From positions 64,001-128,000 of the forward strand of contig CAWDKY010000017.1 in NCBI GenBank assembly GCA_963802945.1: DNA of 64,000 nt, written 5' to 3'. The notes under the pieces were generated by a model. That model saw only the letters and a program-made list of their open reading frames with translations, was not told the origin of the DNA and ran no database searches. Positions 33,561-43,814 of this stretch are shown piece by piece. The DNA is from an uncultured delta proteobacterium. GTDB lineage: Bacteria > Desulfobacterota > RBG-13-43-22. Every line of letters starts with the position of its first letter. Within the stretch, counting starts at the first letter, position 1. A program made the translations under genes and the position numbers.

Positions 33561-33744
33561 AACCGCTCGCGGATTAAACACCACCAATAGGCAAATCTTT
33601 TCCCGAGTATACTTCCCCCCCATTGAACAAACAGACCGTTCCCCTCCTTTTTCCTTTATTCTTATTCGAATTGAGGAAACTCCATTCCACCTCTCTCTAT
33701 GGGCGAAGACCGGTTGCCTTGCTTAAAGTATGAGCGGAGCAGGC

Positions 33745-35257
33745 TCATTCTTGCGGCGAAGGGGAGGCGTAATGCTGGGCCGTTTCACGCAGGAATTGGT
33801 TCTTGAAGACCGGCCAGGCGCACACCGGCATGAACCTGATTTCCCGGGTCAAGGGGTGCTCGTAGGCAAAGGACGCGGGGCAATCCTTCAAACGCTCGCT
33901 TTCCAGGTTGGCGGTCTCCTCAAAGGGCAGCACCATGATCCGCAGGATATTGTGGCACTGGGTGTGGCGCCGCAGCAGATCCTTCAACTTAACTCCCCTC
34001 AGGAGGCCCCAAAGGATCAAAGCCACCTTCAGGACTACCTGGTTGCCAAAAACCTCCTTGAAGCGGATGGTCCGGTTAAACAGCCCCAGCACTGCGCGTC
34101 CCGCCACCCATTGCCGGCCGCGTCGGCCGAACCATCGGGCCATCAGGCTATGTTCCAGTTTTTTTCCCAACAACCGGTCCGCTTCGATCATGAGGCGCAC
34201 CATCTCGGACAAGGGCATCTTCAGGTAACGGGAGAGGGGATGGTAAGCCTGACCGTCCGCTATCAAGAGGGTGGCGGACTCGCAGTTCGGATGCGCCCCG
34301 CCGAAGGTGAGCCGCCCTAAATCGAAGGTCGCCGTCAGGTTAGGCAATCGGTACAGGACCGCCGAAGCAATGAATTCTGTACCAGGCACGGCGTCAGCGA
34401 TCATCCGTTCCACGTCCTCGATCGTTGTGTCTTCGGCTTCCACCGGTTCCGGGCCCCAGGTTTCGGTCAGCGGGATCAAGTCAAGGGCCGCGATATAATC
34501 CTGCCCTTCGTAACACATCCGGATCAAATCGGCCATGTCCTTATCGTTTACGCCCAGACCCGCGAACACATGATCGTGATCTTGTATTGATGATATTTCC
34601 GGATGTTTTCCAGGGCCTGGAGTTTGTTTTCATAGGCCCGCGGGGTTTTGCGAATCTTGTTGTATATCTCGGGATTGCGCCCGTCGAAGGCGAACATGAG
34701 CTGGGTGCCTGTTGCCAGAAGCTTCTGGCAGTACTCGGCGTCCGCGAGGCGTATTCCATTGGTCACTACACGCGCATGCAAGCCGTAGGAGGCGGCCAGC
34801 TCAATGATCTCAATCAAGTCGTTACGAACGGTCGGTTCCCCCCCGAAGAGCTGGATCTTGGGTCGAGGATTCATGAGGGTGAGCTTTTGAAATATTTTTG
34901 TAAAGTATTCCATCGGCGGATTAAATTGGAATCCCATGGCCGGGATGTTGGCCAGGCAGATGGGGCAATTCATGTTGCAGCGATTGGTCACGTCGAGAAA
35001 GACGAGGGTCGGAGGTTTACCGTGGTTGCAGTCTGTCGCAATTCAAGCCGCAGAAGCCCGGATTCGCCGTATACCCCAGCAGGTCGCGTTTCTCCTGATA
35101 GTGGGTTGCGTTCGAGGAGACGAGGGAGGCAGAAACGCCGCATTTCTGGCACTGCTTCTCGAGGTAGACCTTGCCGTTACTGATCTTATGCCGGACAGGG
35201 ACGACCTGACTGCACGTGGGGCAGATACCCAGATTCTCCTGCTTGATGATGCTCCAT
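33745..35257 (-). pseudogene. Radical SAM protein with N-terminal CxxC pairs, frameshifted at least 3 times (about 35254, 35035, 34560)
   Basis: GICPTC..YLEKQCQKCG, DVTNRCNMNCPIC (CxxxCxxC), GGEPT, VVTNG, AHPNCESA and FMPVC motifs. Confidence 0.8.
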
Positions 35258-35270
35258 ATCCCTCTCTTTT

Positions 35271-35858
35271 TTATTTCTCCAGGTCATCCCGCAGAAGGTC
35301 CAATGTGGTCCAACCTAAAAGGAAATCAATAATATCGAACCAACGGGTGGTCTCTGTGAACCCAATCCAGCCCAGGTGGAGAATCCGGGGACCGCATTCC
35401 ATGAACCACAACTCGGGAGGCGGGTTCTTACCCATGAGGGCGCCGACAAAGCCAACATCGTATTTTTGCCGTTCCGTGATGTTTTTTTGATTGCTGCGTG
35501 CCTGATGAGGATCAGCGGGATTGAACTTGCCCGCCCCGGACTTCCTCTGGCCCCAGGCCAAGAGGCCCCAGGCCTGAAATTCATAATCCAGCCATCCAAA
35601 TTGGCGATTTCCCAGCCCAAGGTATTTGCCCTTAACGTCGGCGTATCCGAAGGGGGTTAAAGAGGAAAAGTCAAAAAAGGCGGCAAACTGCGGCTTCAAC
35701 GCAGGCGTCACCGTTATTCCTATGTCCATGATATCCAAGGCGTCATTGACCCGATTTCGCAGATAGGGGCTGCTACTGCTACACCCTTGGCTGAAGAAAG
35801 CTACGGACAAGATGGAAATGATCAAAAACCTGAGGTGCCGGTTATCTTTCTTTTCCAT
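35271..35858 (-). CDS. Putative lipoprotein of unknown function
   Basis: ATG 35858 with SD GAGGAG; signal peptide ending in lipobox-like SQG-C; ends 13 nt before the radical SAM start. Confidence 0.65.
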   Translation of the reverse strand: MEKKDNRHLRFLIISILSVAFFSQGCSSSSPYLRNRVNDALDIMDIGITVTPALKPQFAAFFDFSSLTPFGYADVKGKYLGLGNRQFGWLDYEFQAWGLLAWGQRKSGAGKFNPADPHQARSNQKNITERQKYDVGFVGALMGKNPPPELWFMECGPRILHLGWIGFTETTRWFDIIDFLLGWTTLDLLRDDLEK

Positions 35859-36109
35859 GACGCCTAAGACTCCTCTCGATTTAATCGGTTTAATATAGCA
35901 AGAGACGGCCAAGAGTCAAGAAAAAAGTCGGTAAGTGTTAAGGTCATCTTAGTTACAATATTTCGACAGAAAATAGTGGGCCTAATCCGCATCGTCCCTG
36001 GCCTTGGGGCAGGGTAGAGGGTCGCCCTTCCCGGATCAAGTCAGGGACAGGCTCCAATTTTTTGAATCAACCATACCTATTTCCAGTTGGATTTTTGCTT
36101 TCATCTGGT

Positions 36110-36420
36110 CGTTCGACCTGGAGGCTCTCGACAGGTCCCAGGACACAGGGAATGAGACCATCCACATTTTTTTTTTGACGAAAACCACGAGAGATGTTAC
36201 TAAAGAAGACGTAATAGCGAATCCCGCCAACGGCGGGACTCGCTATGGTCGGGTATATGAGGGGGTCATAGCCGCCAACCAATCTAAGGCGTCGAATATT
36301 TTTCGGCCGGTTGTCCTTGGATCGATAGATGACTTAAGACCTTTCCGGGAGATAGGGCTTACCTTCCTGCGAGAAAGAAACCTGGATGATATAGCGGGCT
36401 AGGTTTATTCTCCGATTGTT
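36110..36420 (-). mobile_element. IS91-family transposase remnant
   Basis: Minus-strand fragments NLARYIIQVSFSQE..VIYRSKD../IFDALDWLAAMT../RYYVFFSNISRGFRQKKNVDGLIPCVL. Confidence 0.78.
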
Positions 36421-36450
36421 CCCGGATCGTCTGGTTTCGCACGTCAATCG

Positions 36451-36488
36451 TTGGCTGACCGGCGTGGAGATCCACGCCGGTCAGCCAA
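36451..36488. repeat. Perfect palindrome with 18-bp arms
   Basis: TTGGCTGACCGGCGTGGA-GA-TCCACGCCGGTCAGCCAA. Confidence 0.85.
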
Positions 36489-36529
36489 GAACGGAAAAAA
36501 TCTTGTTAGTCTTGGATAGACCACTTGTC

Positions 36530-38574
36530 ATGATTTCGAAAGGGTATTCACTATCGCGCCAGACCGAAGCGTTGGCAGAGCTAGAGCGAGGAGTGCATGC
36601 GGCACTGGAGACTTATTCCAATGTCCACCGGGGCAGCGGGCACAACTCGATGGTGTCCACGCATTTATTCGAGCAGGCCAGGGACATTGTCCTGGAATAC
36701 CTGGGGCTGAACAAAGACAAATACGTGGTCATCTTTTGCACCCCCAGAAGGGCAGAGGTGCTCAAGGCACAACTTGAGCCTGGAAGTTATCAAAGCGTGT
36801 CGAGCCAGGACATCGGCCTGCCGCTGGGTGTAAGGGCGTTGGCTGTCGAAAGCAAGGCGTTGCCCAGAGGCACTCCTTTCCAGACCGGTGGAGGGACGGC
36901 CAGGCTTGTCTCCCCCGGTTGGGTCATCTGGGCCAATGCGCCGGACAAATTCGAGGCCGGCACGCCCGCGATCGTCAACGTCATCGCGTTTGCCAAGGGC
37001 CTGCGGCTGATCCGGCATTTCGGAAATGACGCTTTCCAAGATAATGGCGATGACACAGCCGACAGAGGTGGACGGCCGCTGAAATTCTGTACCACGACGA
37101 ACTGGAGAAATACTCCGGGCGGGAACTGTTGGATGAACTCAGGCAGACCCTGATCGGTCGCGGTGTTCGTGTCCCAACGGTGGAAGGCGCCAGGCCCTAT
37201 ATCAACCTGGACAACGGCGCCAGCACTCCCACATTCACGCCGATATGGGACGCGGTCTGCCAGACATGGCGCCAGCCCAGGCAAGTGCAGCAAGAGATCA
37301 TTCATGAGGTCAAGTCCATCTGCGCCGAGTGTCCTGGGTGCGCCTTTGGCAGCCTATGATGTGATCTTTACTTCCAACACCACTGAAGCCATCAACCTGG
37401 CGGCCGAAAGTTTGCGATCACAATGAATCTCGAAGCACGAGGCGATCGAACCGGTCGTGCTCAACACGCTCCTCGAACACAACTCGAACGAGCTGCCGTG
37501 GCGCATGGTTCCCGGCTTTTCGCTGATCCGGCTGCCGGTGGACGCTGAAGGCTTTGTGGATTTGAACGAGCTGGAGACGCTCTTGCGCGCATACAACCAG
37601 AAGGGTCAGCACGGAAAGAAGCGCATCAAGCTTGTGGCTGTGAGCGGCGCTTCGAATGTCCTCGGCGTATTCAACGATCTGGCGGAGATCAGTCGAATCG
37701 TTCACCGCTATGGGGCGCGCTTGCTGGTGGATGCGGCGCAGTTGGTCGCCCACCGCAAGGTCGAGATGGAAGAATGCGGGATTGACTATCTCGCCTTCTC
37801 TGCCCATAAGGTGTACGCGCCATTCGGCAGCGGCGTGTTGGTGGTTAGAAAGGGGCTGCTTAATTTTAGCCCCGCCGAACTGGAGCTGATCCAATCGTCC
37901 GGCGAGGAAAACGTGGGGGGCATCGCCGCGTTGGGCAAGGCGCTTGTGCTTTTGCAGCGGATCGGCCTGGACGTGATCCAAGAGGAAGAACAGGCTTTGA
38001 CCGGGCGGGCATTGCGCGGCCTGGCGCAAATACCGGGCCTCAAGATTTACGGGATACAAGACCCGGACTCGCCCAGGTTCGCCCAAAAAGGCGGCGTCAT
38101 TGTCTTTGGCCTGAAAGACATCATGCCCAACCGGGTGGCCAAAGAACTGGCCGAGCAGGGCGGGATCGGTGTGCGATACGGTTGCCATGTGCGCTCATCT
38201 GTTGATCAAGCGACCTGCTCAAGATTCATCCACTGCGTACGGGCATAGCTGGCCAGGGCCTGATCCTGTCCCCTCGATTCGCCAGCGTCACCCTGCCCGG
38301 CCTCGTCCGCGTGAGCCTGGGCATCGAGAACAGCGAAGAGGATGTGGACACATTGATTCGTGTGTTGGGCAAAATCGCCCGGCAGTCCCGGGCCTGGGTG
38401 AACAGGCTTCTCGGTTCGAGTCGCAATGGAACGCCCTTCTTGCCGCAAACAGAAGTCGAAAGCGAAATACAAGAGTTTGTCCGGGCTGCAATCGATCGAG
38501 TCTATTCATTCGATGGTGTTTTAAATTCTGAAGAATACTGCATTAAGCGGAAAAACACGCCCCTCGGAACCTAA
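36530..38574 (+). pseudogene. Aminotransferase class V / cysteine desulfurase-like gene with a duplicated N-terminal module, multiply frameshifted
   Basis: YSNVHRGSG, FEAGTP, YINLDNGASTP, FTSNTTEAIN, EHNSNELPW, DAAQ, SAHK, GIGVRYGCH and VRVSLG motifs spread over several frames. Confidence 0.8.
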
Positions 38575-38650
38575 TCTGGTAGGAGGCGACCCAGATGACC
38601 AGCCCCTCCCAACAGAACGGCACATACCGGTCAGGTAAGCCGCTCTTCGA
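38574..38650 (-). mobile_element. Group II intron 3' remnant (domains V-VI)
   Basis: Minus strand GAAGAGCGGCTTACCTGACCGGTATGTGCCGTTCTGTTGGGAGGGG..CTCCTACCAGAT: AGC triad, short DV stem and DVI terminus. No RT gene. Confidence 0.65.
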
Positions 38651-38683
38651 TTTGCGACTGAACTGCAGTTCAAGGCAATAGGA

Positions 38684-38737
38684 GACATCCTATATTAACC
38701 CTGTCAAGAAAAAACGATAGGGGTAATATAGGATGTC
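38684..38737. repeat. 14-bp perfect inverted repeat
   Basis: GACATCCTATATTA ... TAATATAGGATGTC. Confidence 0.7.
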
Positions 38738-38770
38738 CACTTCGTCTCTTTTCACCGTCTTCTTATTTAG

Positions 38771-39601
38771 TCAGGGAGTTTTTAACAGGTTGGCTATTGT
38801 GTTGGACAGGGTTACAAATTGGGCAATGGTCAAGGTTTCGCCCCGGCATTGGGGATCGGTTTGATTCCAATCCAGTGCTTTTAAGATCAGAGAAGCAGGA
38901 AAGCGGGCATCGGCGGTTAAGGCATTTTTGATCTGTTTGCGCCGTTGGGCAAAGGCGGAGCGAACCATCCACCGAAAGAGGTTCTGGTCTTCAATCTTTG
39001 GAGTTGGCTCCTGAAGAAAAAGCAATTCAATAAAGGTCGAAGAGACTTTAGGCTTTGGGAAAAAAGAACCTGGTTTGAGTTGCAGCAGGGATTGAATATG
39101 GGCATAATAGCCGATCAGGATAGTCATCACCCCATATTCTTTTGTCCCTGGCTGAGCCAGAAGACGATCGGCCACCTCTTTTTGCAGCATCACATAAGCG
39201 GCCTTAATGATCAGTCGGTTTTCGATGACCTTAAACAGGATGGGTGTGGAGATATGATAAGGAAGGTTGCCGACTATAAAGAAAGGACCATTCAAGGTCT
39301 TGAACCATTCATTCCAATCCGTCTTCAATAAATCTTCGTGGGCCACTTCTATATTTTTCTTCCCCACCTGCAACACTTTTTCTTTTAATTCCGCCGAGCG
39401 ACCGGCATCGATTTCCACAGCCAGGACCCTGGATACTTTTTCGGCCAATAAAAAAGTCAAAGACCCCTGGCCGGCCCCTAATTCCACAACCGTATCTAAA
39501 GAAGTCAGGGGTAGTCGATCAACTAGATTTTTGGCTTGGGTTTCATTTCTCAAGAAATTCTGGCTGAGAGATTTTAATGGAGGGTATGATGATCGATTCA
39601 T
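38771..39601 (-). CDS. rsmA: 16S rRNA adenine dimethyltransferase
   Basis: SLSQNFL, ELGAGQG, VGNLPYHISTP, MLQKEVADR and FAQRRKQ motifs. Confidence 0.95.
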   Translation of the reverse strand: MNRSSYPPLKSLSQNFLRNETQAKNLVDRLPLTSLDTVVELGAGQGSLTFLLAEKVSRVLAVEIDAGRSAELKEKVLQVGKKNIEVAHEDLLKTDWNEWFKTLNGPFFIVGNLPYHISTPILFKVIENRLIIKAAYVMLQKEVADRLLAQPGTKEYGVMTILIGYYAHIQSLLQLKPGSFFPKPKVSSTFIELLFLQEPTPKIEDQNLFRWMVRSAFAQRRKQIKNALTADARFPASLILKALDWNQTDPQCRGETLTIAQFVTLSNTIANLLKTP

Positions 39602-39900
39602 GATTTTATAAGAAGGTAAGAAACCCTACTTCATAGTGGGTTGTTGCCCTTTATATTTTTCCTACTTGATACTATAGGAGCGGTTCGTTTAAGGCCACTG
39701 AACCCGGACAAAAAAAGCATAAGAGCACCATAGATTGAATTATGTAGAGACTCCTTTGCTTGAATAAGTAAAACTCTTTAACAAAAATAAATTGGGAAGG
39801 CAAGGGAAACCGTAATTGAGACCCCTTTCAATAAGCGAACATTTTCCCAATTAAAACTTAGAGATGTTTGAAAGTGAAGCGGGGAACTCAGCCAAGAGGC

Positions 39901-39929
39901 TTGACTTTCCGGATCAATCCCGGTATAAC
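39901..39929 (+). promoter_or_regulatory. sigma70-like promoter of the rfb genes
   Basis: TTGACT-17-TATAAC. Confidence 0.45.
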
Positions 39930-39961
39930 CAACTAAAATATCTAAAGAAGGAAGATTACTT

Positions 39962-41029
39962 ATGAAGGCCCTGGTACTATCCGGCGGGAAGGGGACCCGG
40001 CTGCGGCCGATCACGTACACGATGGCCAAGCAATTGGTCCCGGTGGCCAATGAACCTATTCTGGGTTATGTCTTTCAGCACCTTATGGAAGCCGGTATCA
40101 AAGAGGTCGGGGTGGTGGTAGCACCGGAGACCCAGGATGATGTAAAAAAATTTTTGAAAAATGGTGGGCGCTGGGGACTTAAGATCCAATATATTCTCCA
40201 GGATAAACCCCTCGGCCTGGCCCACGCCGTTAAAACCGCTCAGCCTTTTTTAAGGACTTCTCCTTTTGTCATGTATCTGGGAGACAATCTTCTATCCGAA
40301 GGCATTAAGGGCTATAGAGAACAATTTTTGAAAGAGAAACTCGACGCCTTTTTGTTTTTAAAAGAGGTGGAAAATCCCAAGGCCTTTGGAGTGGCGGTCT
40401 TGAATAAGAAAGGACATATCACCCGCCTGATTGAAAAACCTGAAGATCCGCCCTCCAATCTGGCCTTAGTAGGGGTCTATTTCTTTTCTTCCAGGATTCA
40501 CGAGGCGATTGCCCATATAAAACCCTCGGCCAGGGGAGAGCTGGAGATCACGGATGCCATCCAGGAACTCATGAATATGAAGGGCCTAGTCAAAGGTCAT
40601 ATCCTGGAGGGATGGTGGCTGGATACCGGAAAGAAAGATGATTTTCTGGCGGCCAACACCACTGTCCTGGACGATTATATTAAGCGTGACATCTGCGGGA
40701 ATTGCGACGACAAGAGTCAGATCATCGGTCGGGTCCGTCTGGAGAAAAAAGCCAAGGTCGTCGGCAGTATTATTCGAGGGCCGGTAGTGATCGGAGAAGG
40801 GGCTCAGATCATCCATTCTTTTATCGGCCCTTATACCACCATCGGCCCTTACAGCCGGGTGATCCATTCGGTGATTGAACATTCGGTATTGATGAACCAT
40901 TGTCTGGTGGAAAATATCGCCCGCATCGAAGATAGTCTGATCGGCCGGGAAGCACACGTAATCCAGGGACGAAACCATTCTAAAGCCCTTCGATTGATGA
41001 TCGGGGACAATGCGATTGTTGAAGTTTAA
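39962..41029 (+). CDS. rfbA: Glucose-1-phosphate thymidylyltransferase (long form)
   Basis: GGKGTRLRPIT, KQLVPVAN, YLGDN, PSARGELEITDA and WLDTG motifs; C-terminal beta-helix. Confidence 0.92.
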   Translation: MKALVLSGGKGTRLRPITYTMAKQLVPVANEPILGYVFQHLMEAGIKEVGVVVAPETQDDVKKFLKNGGRWGLKIQYILQDKPLGLAHAVKTAQPFLRTSPFVMYLGDNLLSEGIKGYREQFLKEKLDAFLFLKEVENPKAFGVAVLNKKGHITRLIEKPEDPPSNLALVGVYFFSSRIHEAIAHIKPSARGELEITDAIQELMNMKGLVKGHILEGWWLDTGKKDDFLAANTTVLDDYIKRDICGNCDDKSQIIGRVRLEKKAKVVGSIIRGPVVIGEGAQIIHSFIGPYTTIGPYSRVIHSVIEHSVLMNHCLVENIARIEDSLIGREAHVIQGRNHSKALRLMIGDNAIVEV

Positions 41030-41034
41030 AAAAC

Positions 41035-41125
41035 AAGACAAGGTACAAGGCATAAAGTACAAGGTACAAGGTGCAAACTTTAATATGGGTTACCGTAAAC
41101 CTTATACCGTGGACCTTGCGCCTTT
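41035..41125. repeat. Inverted array of degenerate heptamer repeats
   Basis: agacaag gtacaag gcataaa gtacaag gtacaag gtgcaaa followed by ccgtaaa ccttata ccgtgga ccttgcg. Confidence 0.7.
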
Positions 41126-41143
41126 TTGTAAAAGGCAGGATGT

Positions 41144-42182
41144 ATGAACAAGACAATCCTAATCACCGGCGGGATGGGATTTATCGGATCCAATTTTATC
41201 CATTATTTTTTAAAGGCCCACCCCTCCTGTCAACTGGTCAACTTGGACAAACTCACCTATTCGGCTAATCCCGAAAACCTCCAAGACATTTCTTCCGACC
41301 CCCGTTACCGATTTATTCAAGGTGACATATTGGATGAGGCTTTACTTTTTCGGCTATCTCAAGACTATCCTATTCAGTCGGTGGTTCATTTTGCCGCTGA
41401 GTCTCATGTGGATCGTTCCATCTTGGGATCTAAAGAGTTCATCCAAACCAATGTCCTTGGTACACACACTTTATTGGAATTCTTTAAACAATATTGGCAC
41501 GTCACTTTGGCCGAAAATCCAGAGTTCCGATTCCTCCATATCTCCACCGATGAGGTCTATGGCACCCTCGGACTAAAAGGGATTTTCACTGAAGAGACAG
41601 CCTTTCAACCCAACTCCCCTTATTCGGCCAGTAAAGCCGGGGCCGATCTTTTAGTTCGGGCCTATTTCGAAACCTATGGTTTTCCGGGGCTGATTGTCCG
41701 CCCATCCAACAATTACGGCCCTTATCAATTCCCTGAAAAGTTTATTCCATTGATGATCACCAATCTTTTGGAAGAATAAACCCATCCCGATCTATGGACG
41801 GGGAGAAAATATCCGCGATTGGCTTTTTGTGGAGGATGCCTGTCAAGCTATTGATCAGGTCCTGACCAAGGGGAAGATCGGTGAGGCCTATAACGTTGGG
41901 GGAGAATCCGAAAAAACGAATATCAATGTGGCCCACCAATGCCTGTCTTTTTTGAAAAAAGGAGATGAAAACCTTCATTTTGTCACTGACCGCCCTGGTC
42001 ATGATTTACGTTATGCTTTGAGTAATGACAAGATCAAAAGAGAGATCGGCTGGCAACCTGGGGTACGATTTTCGGAAGGCCTCTCCCGGACCGTCCAATG
42101 GTATCAGGATCATGTCGAATGGTGGAAGCCCCTCAAAGAAAGACTGCAACAGGAAACCAAGGGCTTCTGGAGCAAGTCATGA
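41144..42182 (+). CDS. rfbB: dTDP-glucose 4,6-dehydratase, split by a +1 indel near 41777
   Basis: GGMGFIGSNF, FAAESHVDRSI, YSASKA and NNYGPYQFPEK; continues KPIPIYGRGENIRDWLFVED..DRPGHDLRY. Confidence 0.93.
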
Positions 42183-43016
42183 AGGTCCTGGTCACCGGTT
42201 ATCCTGGTTTACTGTCCAAAGACCTGGTCCCTATCCTGCAGGCTGAACATGAAGTGATCCCCCTTTCTATTGACGACCTCGATATCACCCGAAAAGAAGA
42301 GGTCTTCAAAACGATAGAAACCCTTCAACCGGAAGTGGTGATCAACTGTGCCGGCTATACGGCAGTGGATCAGGCGGAAAAGAATTGGGAAGAGGCCTTT
42401 CGGGTCAATGCCCTGGGGGTCCAGTATTTGGCCCTGGCTTGCCAAAAATTCAAGGTGATACTTTGTCATATAAGTACCGACTATGTTTTTGACGGTCAGA
42501 TTCGCCGACCCTATCAACCCTGGGACATCCCCAATCCGATTAGTGTCTATGGGGCCTCCAAACAAGCCGGGGAATTTTTTATAGACCGACTGCTGAACCG
42601 CTATTATATCATCCGGACCAGTTCCCTGTATGGAAAACACGGCAGCAATTTCGTACAGACCATCATTAACAAGGCCGAACAAGGCGGGCCTTTAAAGATA
42701 GTCTGTGATCAGGTTATGTCCCCGACCTGGAGCGTCAATCTCTCTCAAGGGATTCTGCAGATCATCGAGTCAGATAATTTCGGGGTTTATCACCTGACGG
42801 ATCAGACCGATGGAGGGATCAGTTGGTTTGATTTCGGTAAGGCCATATTAAAAATCAAAGGATTGAATCAAGAAAGTTCTTCCCATCAGTTGTCAGGACC
42901 TTGACCGCCCGGCGCCCCGGCCAGCCTATTCGGTCCTGGATACCCGCTATTTGACCCTGGCCACAGGCTATTCTCCCCTTCATTATCAGGAGGCCCTGGA
43001 GCAATTTCTGAGATGA
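42179..43016 (+). CDS. rfbD: dTDP-4-dehydrorhamnose reductase, frameshift near 42875
   Basis: NCAGYTAVD, ISTDYVFDG and YGASK; the C-terminus RPAPRPAYSVLD lies in the shifted frame. Confidence 0.92.
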
Positions 43017-43814
43017 ACGAAGACCCGATCTCAAGGAACAGTCCTTAAAGGAGTGGGCCGATCTTTTTTCTGATCCTGGCCTCAAGCCTGTCTACTTTGG
43101 GAAAAGGGAACCTTTTTGAGCGGCCCTATTCTGTCCCTTTGCATTTAGCCCTGTGGTTGGAATTTTTTCTGATCGCCGGAGAGGAACCGGTGAAAGGAAA
43201 GTGGTCCTTGTTGCCCTTGGAGGAGCAGACCGATTTAGGGATTGAACTGCTCAAATGCTATCTCTTCCAGCCCCTTTATATCCGGCTTTCCGAGGAAGAA
43301 AAGTCAACAGCCATAAAATCACCCCTGAGGTTGGAAAGCCAGGGGAAATTCTTTCAAGTCGAGCATGGGACCGGAACAAACCGGAAAATAGAATTATTAT
43401 ACCCCTTGGACCATCGTCGGTTCTGGCCGGATTTGTTCAGATTATTTCAGGAGGATTTTTTTTCTTCCGAAAAAGTTTTTAAGGCCCTCGAACCGGGGAT
43501 AAGCCTGACGTCTTCTTCCCGTCTGATAAAAATCAGACAACGGGCAGAAACCCTTAGCTCCTTTCTTCGTGAAAGGAAAAAACAAGGAAATTTCCACTCA
43601 TTTGCCGCCGAAAGATCAATCAAAAGCAAAAATTACCCTGGAAGATACTCCTGGGCAAACTCACGAGGAGATTCATCCCTCCAAGGAGATTGAACCCAAC
43701 ATACCGGCACCTGCGTTTTCGGACCTTCCTCCTTCCCCCCTCCTGCCATCCAGAGAAAGAAGAAGAAAACTTCACAAGAGCAGATGGAACTGTTTTAATC
43801 GAGGAATTTCTTGA
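43013..43814 (+). CDS. Hypothetical protein, apparently frameshifted
   Basis: ATG overlaps the rfbD stop; coding-like frames 43097-43693 and 43569-43814. Confidence 0.4.

Noticed and set aside
22620-38740. Integron or prophage explanation for the island
   Set aside because: No integrase, attC-like repeats or phage genes were found.
41035-41125. CRISPR-like repeat
   Set aside because: The units are 7 bp with no spacers, and there are no cas genes.
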